From a virus: a DNA stretch of 64,000 nucleotides. The position numbers and the translations under genes are program-made. The notes beneath the pieces were generated by a model. It did not search any database. It had not been told where the DNA came from and worked only from the letters and a program-made list of their open reading frames with translations. The stretch lies in IMG/VR virus record IMGVR_UViG_3300008262_000008, one strand, 5' to 3'. Shown in pieces: positions 56,342 to 64,000 of the stretch (positions are counted from its first letter, which is position 1; each line of letters starts with the position of its first letter).

Positions 56342-56761
56342 TTATTTATTCTCTGTTGGACAATCATTTGCCCAGACTGCACATATTCTCATTTCTCCTC
56401 CAAGCAGTTTTGATTCACCTGTTTGAAGATTTGGATCAATATCTTTTTCTGAATATCTTGGTTTATATTTTTTATCTGCTTCCTCAATAATGCGATTATA
56501 CTCTGGAGTTACTTGATCGATTGCTCTATCTACATCTCGTTTAATTCTACGATCTATAGCATTAGGATCTCTCAATATTAATTCATTAAGAATACCACCT
56601 GGAAAAAATTTTCTTTGGGCTTCATCTAATAAATCCCACAATCCACTTTCAGAAATCCCTGTACATTGTGAAAGTGTTGCTATAATTACTGATAATACAG
56701 TTCCAACTATGATTAGTTGTTTATTATCAGGTTTTTTGTGACCAAAATTAAAATTAAACAT
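56342..56761 (-). CDS. Conserved cyanophage membrane-anchored protein
   Basis: Likely start MFNFNFG at 56761; N-terminal TM segment. Confidence 0.75.
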   Translation of the reverse strand: MFNFNFGHKKPDNKQLIIVGTVLSVIIATLSQCTGISESGLWDLLDEAQRKFFPGGILNELILRDPNAIDRRIKRDVDRAIDQVTPEYNRIIEEADKKYKPRYSEKDIDPNLQTGESKLLGGEMRICAVWANDCPTENK

Positions 56762-56796
56762 AAGAAAGGGGAGGTCTGCAGCTCTCCCCTTATATA

Positions 56797-57429
56797 TCAA
56801 ACTTCTACCGTAATCAGTCGAGAAGCATAATCATGTGCATAAGATGTACGAGCACCATGATGCCCCCAACCAATCCAACTATACGCATAGTCCATGTAAC
56901 GATTGATAGATTTACCAGGAACTTTCATCTTATCTTCAATCTCTTTCCATTGGACTTCATTTGTAAGATAACGAAGTTGCGTATGAATATTTGATGGTGA
57001 ACCACCAAACTTCTTAGCAAAATCACCCAATCCATAATAACGGTTGGCAGATGTCCATTGGATCAGTCCATAACCGCCGTAGCAGTTATTCCAACTGGTC
57101 CTTGCACCACCTTCACAGATATTAGGCACGAACATAGATTCTTGCTTAATGTTACCCATGATGGTAGCTAGGGCGTTTCTGTCTTTAATTCCTTGATCTT
57201 GGAAAAATTCCAAAGCAAGGCTTTCATGTTCTGAACACCCTTTACAAATTAACCTTTTCTCCTTAGGCTTTTCAGGTGCAACCTCCTTGGTCGCTGTCGT
57301 TTCAAACTCCTTTATAATAGAAAACGGCACTGGAGGTGTCGTTAAAGGAGGAAATATCGGCATCGTTGCCATATTGGTTGTAACCGTTGCCAAAAGAGGC
57401 ATGGTTACAGTTGTAAAGTAATTAAACAT
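56797..57429 (-). CDS. Phage tail-type lysozyme (Phage_lysozyme2-like) with an N-terminal signal-like segment
   Basis: ALATIMGNIKQES...GYGLIQWT...R...QLRYL..E; likely start MFNYF at 57429 after a GGAG Shine-Dalgarno. Confidence 0.8.
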   Translation of the reverse strand: MFNYFTTVTMPLLATVTTNMATMPIFPPLTTPPVPFSIIKEFETTATKEVAPEKPKEKRLICKGCSEHESLALEFFQDQGIKDRNALATIMGNIKQESMFVPNICEGGARTSWNNCYGGYGLIQWTSANRYYGLGDFAKKFGGSPSNIHTQLRYLTNEVQWKEIEDKMKVPGKSINRYMDYAYSWIGWGHHGARTSYAHDYASRLITVEV

Positions 57430-57547
57430 TAACTCCGATTGAACTCTACATCCGTATAGAAAGGGGGTACACCCTTTTCTCAAAGGGCACTTTCCACGGC
57501 TCTAAAGGCAATACTCAAACTCTCATAATAAAAATTGGTACTACCTA

Positions 57548-57619
57548 TGGGAACAGATAGATTTGAACTATCGACCTCTGCGTTATCAGCACATTGCTCT
57601 ACCACTGAGCTATGCTCCC
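57548..57619 (-). tRNA. trnI: tRNA-Ile(GAU)
   Basis: GGGAGCATAGCTCAGTGGTAGAGCAATGTGCTGATAACGCAGAGGTCGATAGTTCAAATCTATCTGTTCCCA; A27-G43 mismatch in the anticodon stem. Confidence 0.88.
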
Positions 57620-57622
57620 ATA

Positions 57623-57694
57623 TGGGCGATGAGGGATTCGAACCCCCGACCAATTGCGTGTAAAGCAACTGCGCTACCGCTGCGCTAATCGCCC
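57623..57694 (-). tRNA. trnV: tRNA-Val(UAC)
   Basis: GGGCGATTAGCGCAGCGGTAGCGCAGTTGCTTTACACGCAATTGGTCGGGGGTTCGAATCCCTCATCGCCCA. Confidence 0.95.
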
Positions 57695-57706
57695 GATTTG
57701 AAATTA

Positions 57707-57735
57707 ATAGTAGCACGATACTACTATTCTGTCAA
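57707..57735 (-). promoter_or_regulatory. Sigma70-type promoter for the tRNA-Val/Ile pair
   Basis: TTGACA (57730-57735), 17 bp, TACTAT (57707-57712). Confidence 0.8.
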
Positions 57736-57744
57736 CCCCCCCTA

Positions 57745-57957
57745 CTAATCTTCGTAAACTCTACATTCAAGAGCGTCTGGATTGCTGTCACAGAACAATT
57801 CCAATGGTGTTGGGTCATGATCTTCACCAGGATGATTTTCTTTATATGCTTCTAATGCAGAAAGTTCTTCTTGAGTGTGTCTACGAGCCTGTGGAGATGT
57901 CTGCGGATCATCAAGAATTTTTTTATCCTGATCAATATGCTGTTGGATGTTTTCCAT
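57745..57957 (-). CDS. cp12: CP12 (Calvin cycle inhibitor), phage type
   Basis: C-terminal PLELFCDSNPDALECRVYED CP12 motif (CxxxPxxxxC). Confidence 0.92.
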   Translation of the reverse strand: MENIQQHIDQDKKILDDPQTSPQARRHTQEELSALEAYKENHPGEDHDPTPLELFCDSNPDALECRVYED

Positions 57958-57969
57958 GTTACCTCTTTG

Positions 57970-59307
57970 TCATTTTTTAATGCTATCTTTTAATAAGTAT
58001 AGTTCTGTTGTTGAAGTATTTACCGAATAACGATGGCGTACAGAAGCAATCAGATATAAACCACTATACATTAAATCTGGTTCAATTCTACCCGATCCTT
58101 TTGCAACCATACTAGGTATATTTATTCTAATTCCACTTCCTGCATATAAACTAGTATTTCCTGGGACAACTATACTTAATTTAATTGCTTCCATACTATT
58201 TTTTCTCAAATATGTATATGCTGCTCTAGAAACATCTGACTGCAAGGCATTTCCATAGTTAGGATTATTTTCTCCAGAAAAAACATTCTGGGGTAAAACT
58301 TTAAACCTAGTTCTTTTACTCTTAGTTAAAAGTTGTTTTGTTGCTGGATCATTAATATTAATAGGTATAGATCCATTATCCAAATGTTCCATTTTAGGAA
58401 ACATATCAATAATATTATATCTTTGATTTGCTACATTAATTTGCTTATTAACTGTTGTAAGATTAGACTTATTCATAAACACTGGATTAATACCAGCAAC
58501 AAATCCAGACCAAGTACCATTTCTAACATTTTGTAGACTATTAAACATATCAGGAAAAGTTACAGAAATGATAGAATATTCATCCTTATCCTTTGCTTTC
58601 ACTGAAATATTTTTTGGTGAATAACTATATGAAGGATTTTCAGAACTTTTATTAATATCTGAGATCATTTTATCGATTGATGTGAAATGATATCCACTTA
58701 TACTCTGATAAAAAATAAATCCTGATTGATACATTGATCCTTTTTCAACAGATCTAATTGATTTATCCGCAATAAAATTAATTGCATCATATGGTCTCCA
58801 GTTTGGTATTACAAAATTCTTAGGATCTTTTGTTGTTTCAACTTTAATCATAGACTTTTTAAGTCCAAGATATTTGCTGCTAGTCAATATTTCATCAACA
58901 TAATCAGAACATTTCTTATCGGAAAATGCACCAAAAACATTGATAGTTTCATTCTTCAAAAATGTTGGATCAATTAACTGAACAACATATAATTCAGTCT
59001 TTTCACTTCTAATTCTAGAAGAAATAGCATAGGTTTGAAGTTGATATGTATGGATAACTCCCTTCCCAGTTTTAAATTTAAATACCCATACTTCATTACC
59101 CATGAGATTTCTATAAAAATCTGCAGAATCGTTAATTGTAACTGTACCACGAATTGCAGGAAAATCTATACTTTCTTCTATAACAAGCTCTGAAACCAAA
59201 GAAAATAAATTACTACCAGTACTAACTGAGTTTTTAAAAACTTTTGGTTGACTAGTTTGCGTATCAAGTATATAAACTTGTTCTAATTTTGGAGTTCCTA
59301 CTTGCAT
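57970..59307 (-). CDS. Baseplate hub / tail protein (gp27-like)
   Basis: 445 aa; IEESIDFPAIRGTVTINDS, FVIPNWRPYDAINFI, IVVPGNTSLYAGS, YSGLYLIASVRH; context next to gp5 and tape-measure-like genes. Confidence 0.65.
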   Translation of the reverse strand: MQVGTPKLEQVYILDTQTSQPKVFKNSVSTGSNLFSLVSELVIEESIDFPAIRGTVTINDSADFYRNLMGNEVWVFKFKTGKGVIHTYQLQTYAISSRIRSEKTELYVVQLIDPTFLKNETINVFGAFSDKKCSDYVDEILTSSKYLGLKKSMIKVETTKDPKNFVIPNWRPYDAINFIADKSIRSVEKGSMYQSGFIFYQSISGYHFTSIDKMISDINKSSENPSYSYSPKNISVKAKDKDEYSIISVTFPDMFNSLQNVRNGTWSGFVAGINPVFMNKSNLTTVNKQINVANQRYNIIDMFPKMEHLDNGSIPININDPATKQLLTKSKRTRFKVLPQNVFSGENNPNYGNALQSDVSRAAYTYLRKNSMEAIKLSIVVPGNTSLYAGSGIRINIPSMVAKGSGRIEPDLMYSGLYLIASVRHRYSVNTSTTELYLLKDSIKK

Positions 59308-59313
59308 ATTATT

Positions 59314-62175
59314 TTACCAATTAACTTGAAATAAAGAAAGTGTTGGGGCATAATTGAATATATCACTTGCTTTTGCTACTTCTGCTGTGGGAGGGATTGC
59401 AGCTGCAGGAGCAGAAGCTTGCGATACTGCAGATTTACCAACAACAGGTACTGGATTTAATTTTGCTCTATCAGTTCGAGCTTTATCTTTAGCATCACGT
59501 TTTGCCTTATCTCTATTATCAGTAGCAGCAGTTGGAGTTGTTGGAGCAACTGGTGCTTTCATTCCATATGTATCAAATACTGCGGATTGTCCTTGACGGA
59601 TCATATTTAATGCCGCTTCCAACGACATTTCTTCATCTTGTCCACCCTCACCATCTCCACCAATAATTCCAGATCCACCTAATCTAATTCCAGCAGCAAA
59701 ATTAAATATTCCACCTTTCTTTGGAGCACCGCCACTAGTAGATTGATGATAAATTTGTCCATCTCCAGAAGCAATTGAAACATGGGTAATTGCTCCTGCT
59801 GGATAATTTCCATAAGTATTTTTGTGTAATACAATATCACCACCTTCTAGAGAACTTTGACTTTTAACGACTGTGCCCATATCAGATCCAGCAAAAGATG
59901 CTGCCATATTTCTACCCCAAGTTTTCTTTTCTGGATCCAAATCTCCTGTTGAAGTTACTTTATCTGCTGCTGGATGACCTGCCATACCAAGAACCATTCT
60001 TACCCAAGATGCACATGGAGGAGTTGCTGGTCCTTGTTTTCCTTCAGAAACTGCTTTTTTAGCAGCAGAAACAATTCCACCATCTGCTCTTCCTGGAGCA
60101 GTATTTTTAACTATACTACCTTTGTGAGTAATTCTATCATTATCTGGAAGACGAGCTCCTAATCGTTTTGCTTGTGAATATCTTTTTGAAGTTAAGGATG
60201 GATCTTTACGAGTTGCAGGAGTATCATATGGTATAACAAAAGCATTTCCTGTTGATCCACCTTTTGCAAATCCTCCTACCCATTCTTTTCCATGACCAAT
60301 GAATGAAACAGAATTACCACCATCTAATGATACTGGGTATCCTGTCATAGGTCCAGTAATCCATCCGCCAACAGATCTATTAGGTTTATCTGTTCCAGTT
60401 GAAGATCCTGTATTTGCTTTTAATTTTGCTGCTGTTAATTCATTATATTTGTCTGCATCTGCTTGATCTGCTGCACTAAGGGTAAATAAATCTGTTCTTC
60501 CCATACCGAAGAACCCTTGAGTTTGCCCATCTTGTTTAGCACGATAAAATCTTCCCTGTTTGTCTCTAAAGAATTGATTATTTGTTCCACCAACATAAGT
60601 ATAACCTTTATTTTCTAGATCTTGTGTTGTTCCTTTTAATGCCTGAACTTTACTATCACCTGCTTTGAAGTTTTTAATTTGAGTACTTCCAGCTTTTGGT
60701 GCCGCTGGTTTGGGAGTTGGAGTAGGAGTAGGAGTTGTAGATGAACTACTACTACCTTTGCCATTAATAAACATCAATGCTGCAAGAATATCACTCAATA
60801 ATCCTAAGACTGTAGTATCTCCACTAGGTTTAAATTGTCCTGTTGCTTTTCCTTTTCCCTTGGATCCTTTTCCCTTTCCAAATAAACTTGCAAGATTATC
60901 TCCAAATCCTTTCCCACCAAATATTTTTCCTCCTTTAGCTGCAATCGTCTTCACAAGTGCCGCAGGTAAACCAAAATATCCTGCAATTGGACCCATCAAA
61001 GAAGTTATCATCGGTAAAAGCATTACCCCAAATGGACCCATCATAGACAATGATCCTGCCATGGCAGCAAGTAATCCAGCACCTACAACTTTAAAAGGTA
61101 AAAACATTGCTTTACTGACCTTATTGGTCATATCAGCTGCAGAAGTTGCTTTAGATGCAGTTTTTCCTGCTACTGGAGAAGATGTAGGGCCACCCTTACC
61201 CTTCATTACTGAAGGTAAAGAACTCAATGGTTTCATTGGAGATCCTTGCTGCTTAATTCCTCCTTCAGCAGCGCCTTCCAACATGGGGCTAGCAGGTACA
61301 TCACCTACGCCACCTACACCTGGAACAGGCAAAGATTTGCCTTGTTGTGCTCTTGCAGCATTTTCAGTTTGCACTTTAGCAGCATCTTGCTGCCCTGTAA
61401 CTTTATTTGCAAGATATGCTGTTGCTCCAACCGCTGCAACACCAAGTACTACAGGATTTCTAAGAACATTTAATCCCGCACGAGCAATTAATCTAGCTTT
61501 AGCACTTGTCAATCCTTTCCACAAAGTAGTTAGAACAAACTTAAAATCCTTAACTAAATTCAGAGGATTTTTTAACCATCTAACTCCAAGGAATAATGTT
61601 GCTAATCCAGCAATGAATTGACCAAAACCAACTAATTTTTCAATCCAATTTCCATTGCCAAACATTTTTGATAGTCCATCAAGAGTATTGAATACTCCTG
61701 ACTTTGCCCAGTTCCATAAAAAACCTAATATTTTACCTATTCCTTCTACAAGTTTAACTATCTTTTCTCTATTTGAAGGATTTGCCAACCAATTTAATAC
61801 ATTTTTTATAACAAATGCACGAAGAAAGAATGTAGCAAGATTAGCAATTCCTCGAAAAAAATTAGGAGTTGATTCTGAAAAGAAATTCTTTACTGCACTC
61901 GCTGCACCTTTTTTACCTGTCCCTTCTTGTTTTGCTTCAGATGCAGCATCTCTAGATTTTCCTAATCTTCTTTCATCTCTTTGCTGTTGTTTAATTCTAT
62001 CCTGAGTTTGTTTTAAAACTGCCTCATATAATTGTTTTGTAATAATAACTGAAGAATTTAACGTCGCTCCAATATTATTAAAAGCTTTTACTAAGGATGT
62101 GCCACTTTGCAATTTCTTTCCTGCCGAAGGAACAGAAACAAATTTATATAGATTTAATTTTGGTTGCCCTGCCAT
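59314..62175 (-). CDS. Tape-measure / hub-like tail protein with a C-terminal NlpC/P60-CHAP-like amidase
   Basis: 953 aa; amphipathic helical N-half; PCASWVRMVL...GDIVLH...ITHVSI (Cys...His). Confidence 0.7.
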   Translation of the reverse strand: MAGQPKLNLYKFVSVPSAGKKLQSGTSLVKAFNNIGATLNSSVIITKQLYEAVLKQTQDRIKQQQRDERRLGKSRDAASEAKQEGTGKKGAASAVKNFFSESTPNFFRGIANLATFFLRAFVIKNVLNWLANPSNREKIVKLVEGIGKILGFLWNWAKSGVFNTLDGLSKMFGNGNWIEKLVGFGQFIAGLATLFLGVRWLKNPLNLVKDFKFVLTTLWKGLTSAKARLIARAGLNVLRNPVVLGVAAVGATAYLANKVTGQQDAAKVQTENAARAQQGKSLPVPGVGGVGDVPASPMLEGAAEGGIKQQGSPMKPLSSLPSVMKGKGGPTSSPVAGKTASKATSAADMTNKVSKAMFLPFKVVGAGLLAAMAGSLSMMGPFGVMLLPMITSLMGPIAGYFGLPAALVKTIAAKGGKIFGGKGFGDNLASLFGKGKGSKGKGKATGQFKPSGDTTVLGLLSDILAALMFINGKGSSSSSTTPTPTPTPKPAAPKAGSTQIKNFKAGDSKVQALKGTTQDLENKGYTYVGGTNNQFFRDKQGRFYRAKQDGQTQGFFGMGRTDLFTLSAADQADADKYNELTAAKLKANTGSSTGTDKPNRSVGGWITGPMTGYPVSLDGGNSVSFIGHGKEWVGGFAKGGSTGNAFVIPYDTPATRKDPSLTSKRYSQAKRLGARLPDNDRITHKGSIVKNTAPGRADGGIVSAAKKAVSEGKQGPATPPCASWVRMVLGMAGHPAADKVTSTGDLDPEKKTWGRNMAASFAGSDMGTVVKSQSSLEGGDIVLHKNTYGNYPAGAITHVSIASGDGQIYHQSTSGGAPKKGGIFNFAAGIRLGGSGIIGGDGEGGQDEEMSLEAALNMIRQGQSAVFDTYGMKAPVAPTTPTAATDNRDKAKRDAKDKARTDRAKLNPVPVVGKSAVSQASAPAAAIPPTAEVAKASDIFNYAPTLSLFQVNW

Positions 62176-62179
62176 TTAA

Positions 62180-64000
62180 TTAACCTCTATATAATGGTTT
62201 TTTGCGAAGGACAGCGCCAGGTGCAGCACTCTGACTATTTATTTGCGTTTCTACAGGGAAAGGAACAATAATAGGTACAGGTATGCTATCTTCCATTTGC
62301 TGATTAACCATCATGTTAACAGATGGAGTACAACTAGATGCTGAATTTTGCTTTGGTACTGACTGCATTTTTGGTGTTACCACCTTGCCGCCTGCTGCCC
62401 TGCCCATCAACTTATCTATTAGGTTAGTAAAAATACTACCTTTTTGTTTTTGTTGTGGTTTAGCAACCTTTGGTGATCTAAAATATAAAAGATCTTTTGT
62501 GTTTGGCCATCCCTTTCTTGCCTCAGTAGGTGTCATTCTGTTTACAAATGCTCTTTTACCTGTAGAATTATTAGCAATTCTTAGATCTGGCATTACAATA
62601 CCAATGTGTCCATATGGATCCTTTCCACTACCAGCAGGATAACCAGTATCTTTCCAAACTGTAATATCAGCAGGTTTTCTTGCCTTTTCTGGAACTTTAA
62701 TAAAATTTGATAATAACCACTTAGCAATATCAGGAACCCAATTTTTTCTATTTAAATTATCCCAAGGTAATGGAATTCCTGCCGATTTGTAGACATTTAC
62801 AATAGCAGGAGCACATCCATTTGCAGGATCATCTTTATAACTCCATCTTTCTTTCTGCATCTTAGCAGCTGCATTAACTAATGCGTTTTCTCTAGATCCT
62901 CCTGCTGCCATTTCTGGGAGAATTAATCCACCTGCAGCAGCAGTTTGTGTTCCTTGGAACTTTTTAACATTTGCTTGAAATCTTGATAGGAAAGTTTTAC
63001 TATGTGTATTTGCTTGAGATCCCCCAGGAAGAGATGGCCAAGTTCCTCTAAGTTTGGAAGCAGCGTATAAAGGATCTCGATCAGCATCTTTAACTAATTG
63101 TGCTTCTCCGCCAGGATACACACTTGCCATCAGCATTCTGGCAATTTTAGTTTGATTTTCCTTATTAAATTTATCTTTATTTGGATCTAATCCTGCAGAT
63201 TTTGCTCTGCCAATAATATATTCTGGCATCTGTTGCCATTTACCCATAGCACCAGATCCACCCATTGAATATCCTTTTTGCATTGCAGCTCGACGAGCAT
63301 CTGCAATCGTCATATCACTGAGACCAGAAACAGTCGTTCCTGGATTTACAGAATCCCAACTACCTTCACCACCTGCAATTGCTTCAAGCATTGCCTTAAC
63401 AACAGCTGGTGCATCGCCTGGAACTTCTCCATCACCACCTGATTTACTGCCAGACCCCGAAGATCCAAATCTTTTAGTTGAAAGAGTAACTAATCCATCT
63501 AATACTCCCTTCAATAGTCCTCTCATACTGTTAGTATCACTTGTGCTATCACCAATTATTTTACTAAGTCCACCATCTAATCCTGTAGCTTTGAAATCTT
63601 TTGGTCTTCTTCTAGTAATTCTACCTCCACTAACACCTGAAGGTTTTTCTTCCCCAAACTCTGCACCTAACGCCCTAAGATCACCACCAATAAAAGGCAT
63701 AATAAAATTACCAAGTGATCCCATCCTATCTAAGGTAAGAGAGGTAGCACCAAGAATTGAAGGAATGGTTGTCATATTAGAAATCATTCCCAATTTACTC
63801 ATAGGAATGATTACCTCAGGTTCCCCACCCTCACCAACTAATGTTAACTGTGGACCAGTAACAATACCACCTGCAGCTGCGCCAGGTTGCAATCCTTCTG
63901 TAGCATCAGCTGCTTTACCTTTGTTCTTGGTTAACCAATCGTAGATGCTACCTGCAACCCAATCGCCTGCAATGCCGCCGAGCAACCCTCCTACCCATGT
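62180..64000 (-). CDS. Tape-measure / hub-like tail protein with lysozyme-like and CHAP/NlpC-like domains, 5' end truncated by the window edge
   Basis: Frame stays open to 64000; GEGGEPEVIIP; MLEAIAGGEG...GAMGKWQ lysozyme-like segment; GCAPAIVNVY...DITVW...YGHIGIV. Confidence 0.7.
   Translation of the reverse strand, partial: TWVGGLLGGIAGDWVAGSIYDWLTKNKGKAADATEGLQPGAAAGGIVTGPQLTLVGEGGEPEVIIPMSKLGMISNMTTIPSILGATSLTLDRMGSLGNFIMPFIGGDLRALGAEFGEEKPSGVSGGRITRRRPKDFKATGLDGGLSKIIGDSTSDTNSMRGLLKGVLDGLVTLSTKRFGSSGSGSKSGGDGEVPGDAPAVVKAMLEAIAGGEGSWDSVNPGTTVSGLSDMTIADARRAAMQKGYSMGGSGAMGKWQQMPEYIIGRAKSAGLDPNKDKFNKENQTKIARMLMASVYPGGEAQLVKDADRDPLYAASKLRGTWPSLPGGSQANTHSKTFLSRFQANVKKFQGTQTAAAGGLILPEMAAGGSRENALVNAAAKMQKERWSYKDDPANGCAPAIVNVYKSAGIPLPWDNLNRKNWVPDIAKWLLSNFIKVPEKARKPADITVWKDTGYPAGSGKDPYGHIGIVMPDLRIANNSTGKRAFVNRMTPTEARKGWPNTKDLLYFRSPKVAKPQQKQKGSIFTNLIDKLMGRAAGGKVVTPKMQSVPKQNSASSCTPSVNMMVNQQMEDSIPVPIIVPFPVETQINSQSAAPGAVLRKKPLYRG

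Noticed and set aside
57480-57716. 78-aa minus-strand ORF and the 228-aa extension of the lysozyme to 57483
   Set aside because: The ORF overlaps two tRNAs; the extension runs through the structured leader, and a good SD supports the 57429 start
60710-61621. 303-aa plus-strand Pro/Ala-rich ORF (also 53850-54275 and 63543-63944)
   Set aside because: Mirror of Gly/Ala-rich minus-strand structural genes
1-64000. Group I introns, inteins, integrase, photosystem genes (psbA/hli)
   Set aside because: No interrupted conserved genes, intein or LAGLIDADG motifs, recombinase motifs or photosystem sequences were recognised in this window

Overview
This is a 64-kb segment of a T4-like cyanophage (cyanomyovirus) genome. 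Essentially every gene is on the minus strand, and both ends cut through large virion genes. Left to right: (1) 1-16.1 kb is a baseplate module (giant gp7-like wedge protein running off the left edge, gp6, gp25, PAAR gp5.4-like protein, a 716-aa structural protein) followed by a 2OG-Fe(II) oxygenase-like gene and two AbrB-like genes. (2) 16.2-36.4 kb is a dense early/accessory region of about 70 small ORFs plus a ligase-like KxDG protein, an SF2 helicase, an HNH-like nuclease, an RlpA-like protein, a DenV-family glycosylase and a Dam methylase, driven by repeated sigma70-type promoters. (3) 36.3-39 kb holds a 2OG oxygenase, a tryptophan halogenase and a methyltransferase. (4) 39-52.6 kb is a tail-fibre island with nine short paralogous fibre-tip-like genes, two chaperone-like genes and large fibre/structural genes. 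(5) 52.6-64 kb holds four tRNAs, speD, gp5, a tail-type lysozyme, cp12, a hub protein and two large tape-measure/hub-like proteins carrying peptidoglycan-hydrolase domains. The most notable unexplained signals are: four perfect TTTTCCACA (cyanobacterial DnaA-box) nonamers downstream of the only strong rightward promoter found; a GAT(C/T)AG-N5-CTTAT(C/G) dyad fixed 9 bp upstream of the early -35 boxes, often doubled 22 bp further on; a His/Glu-motif fibre-tip paralog array showing segment swapping; and a structured leader ahead of the lysozyme gene. All family assignments come from motif recognition by eye; no searches were run.
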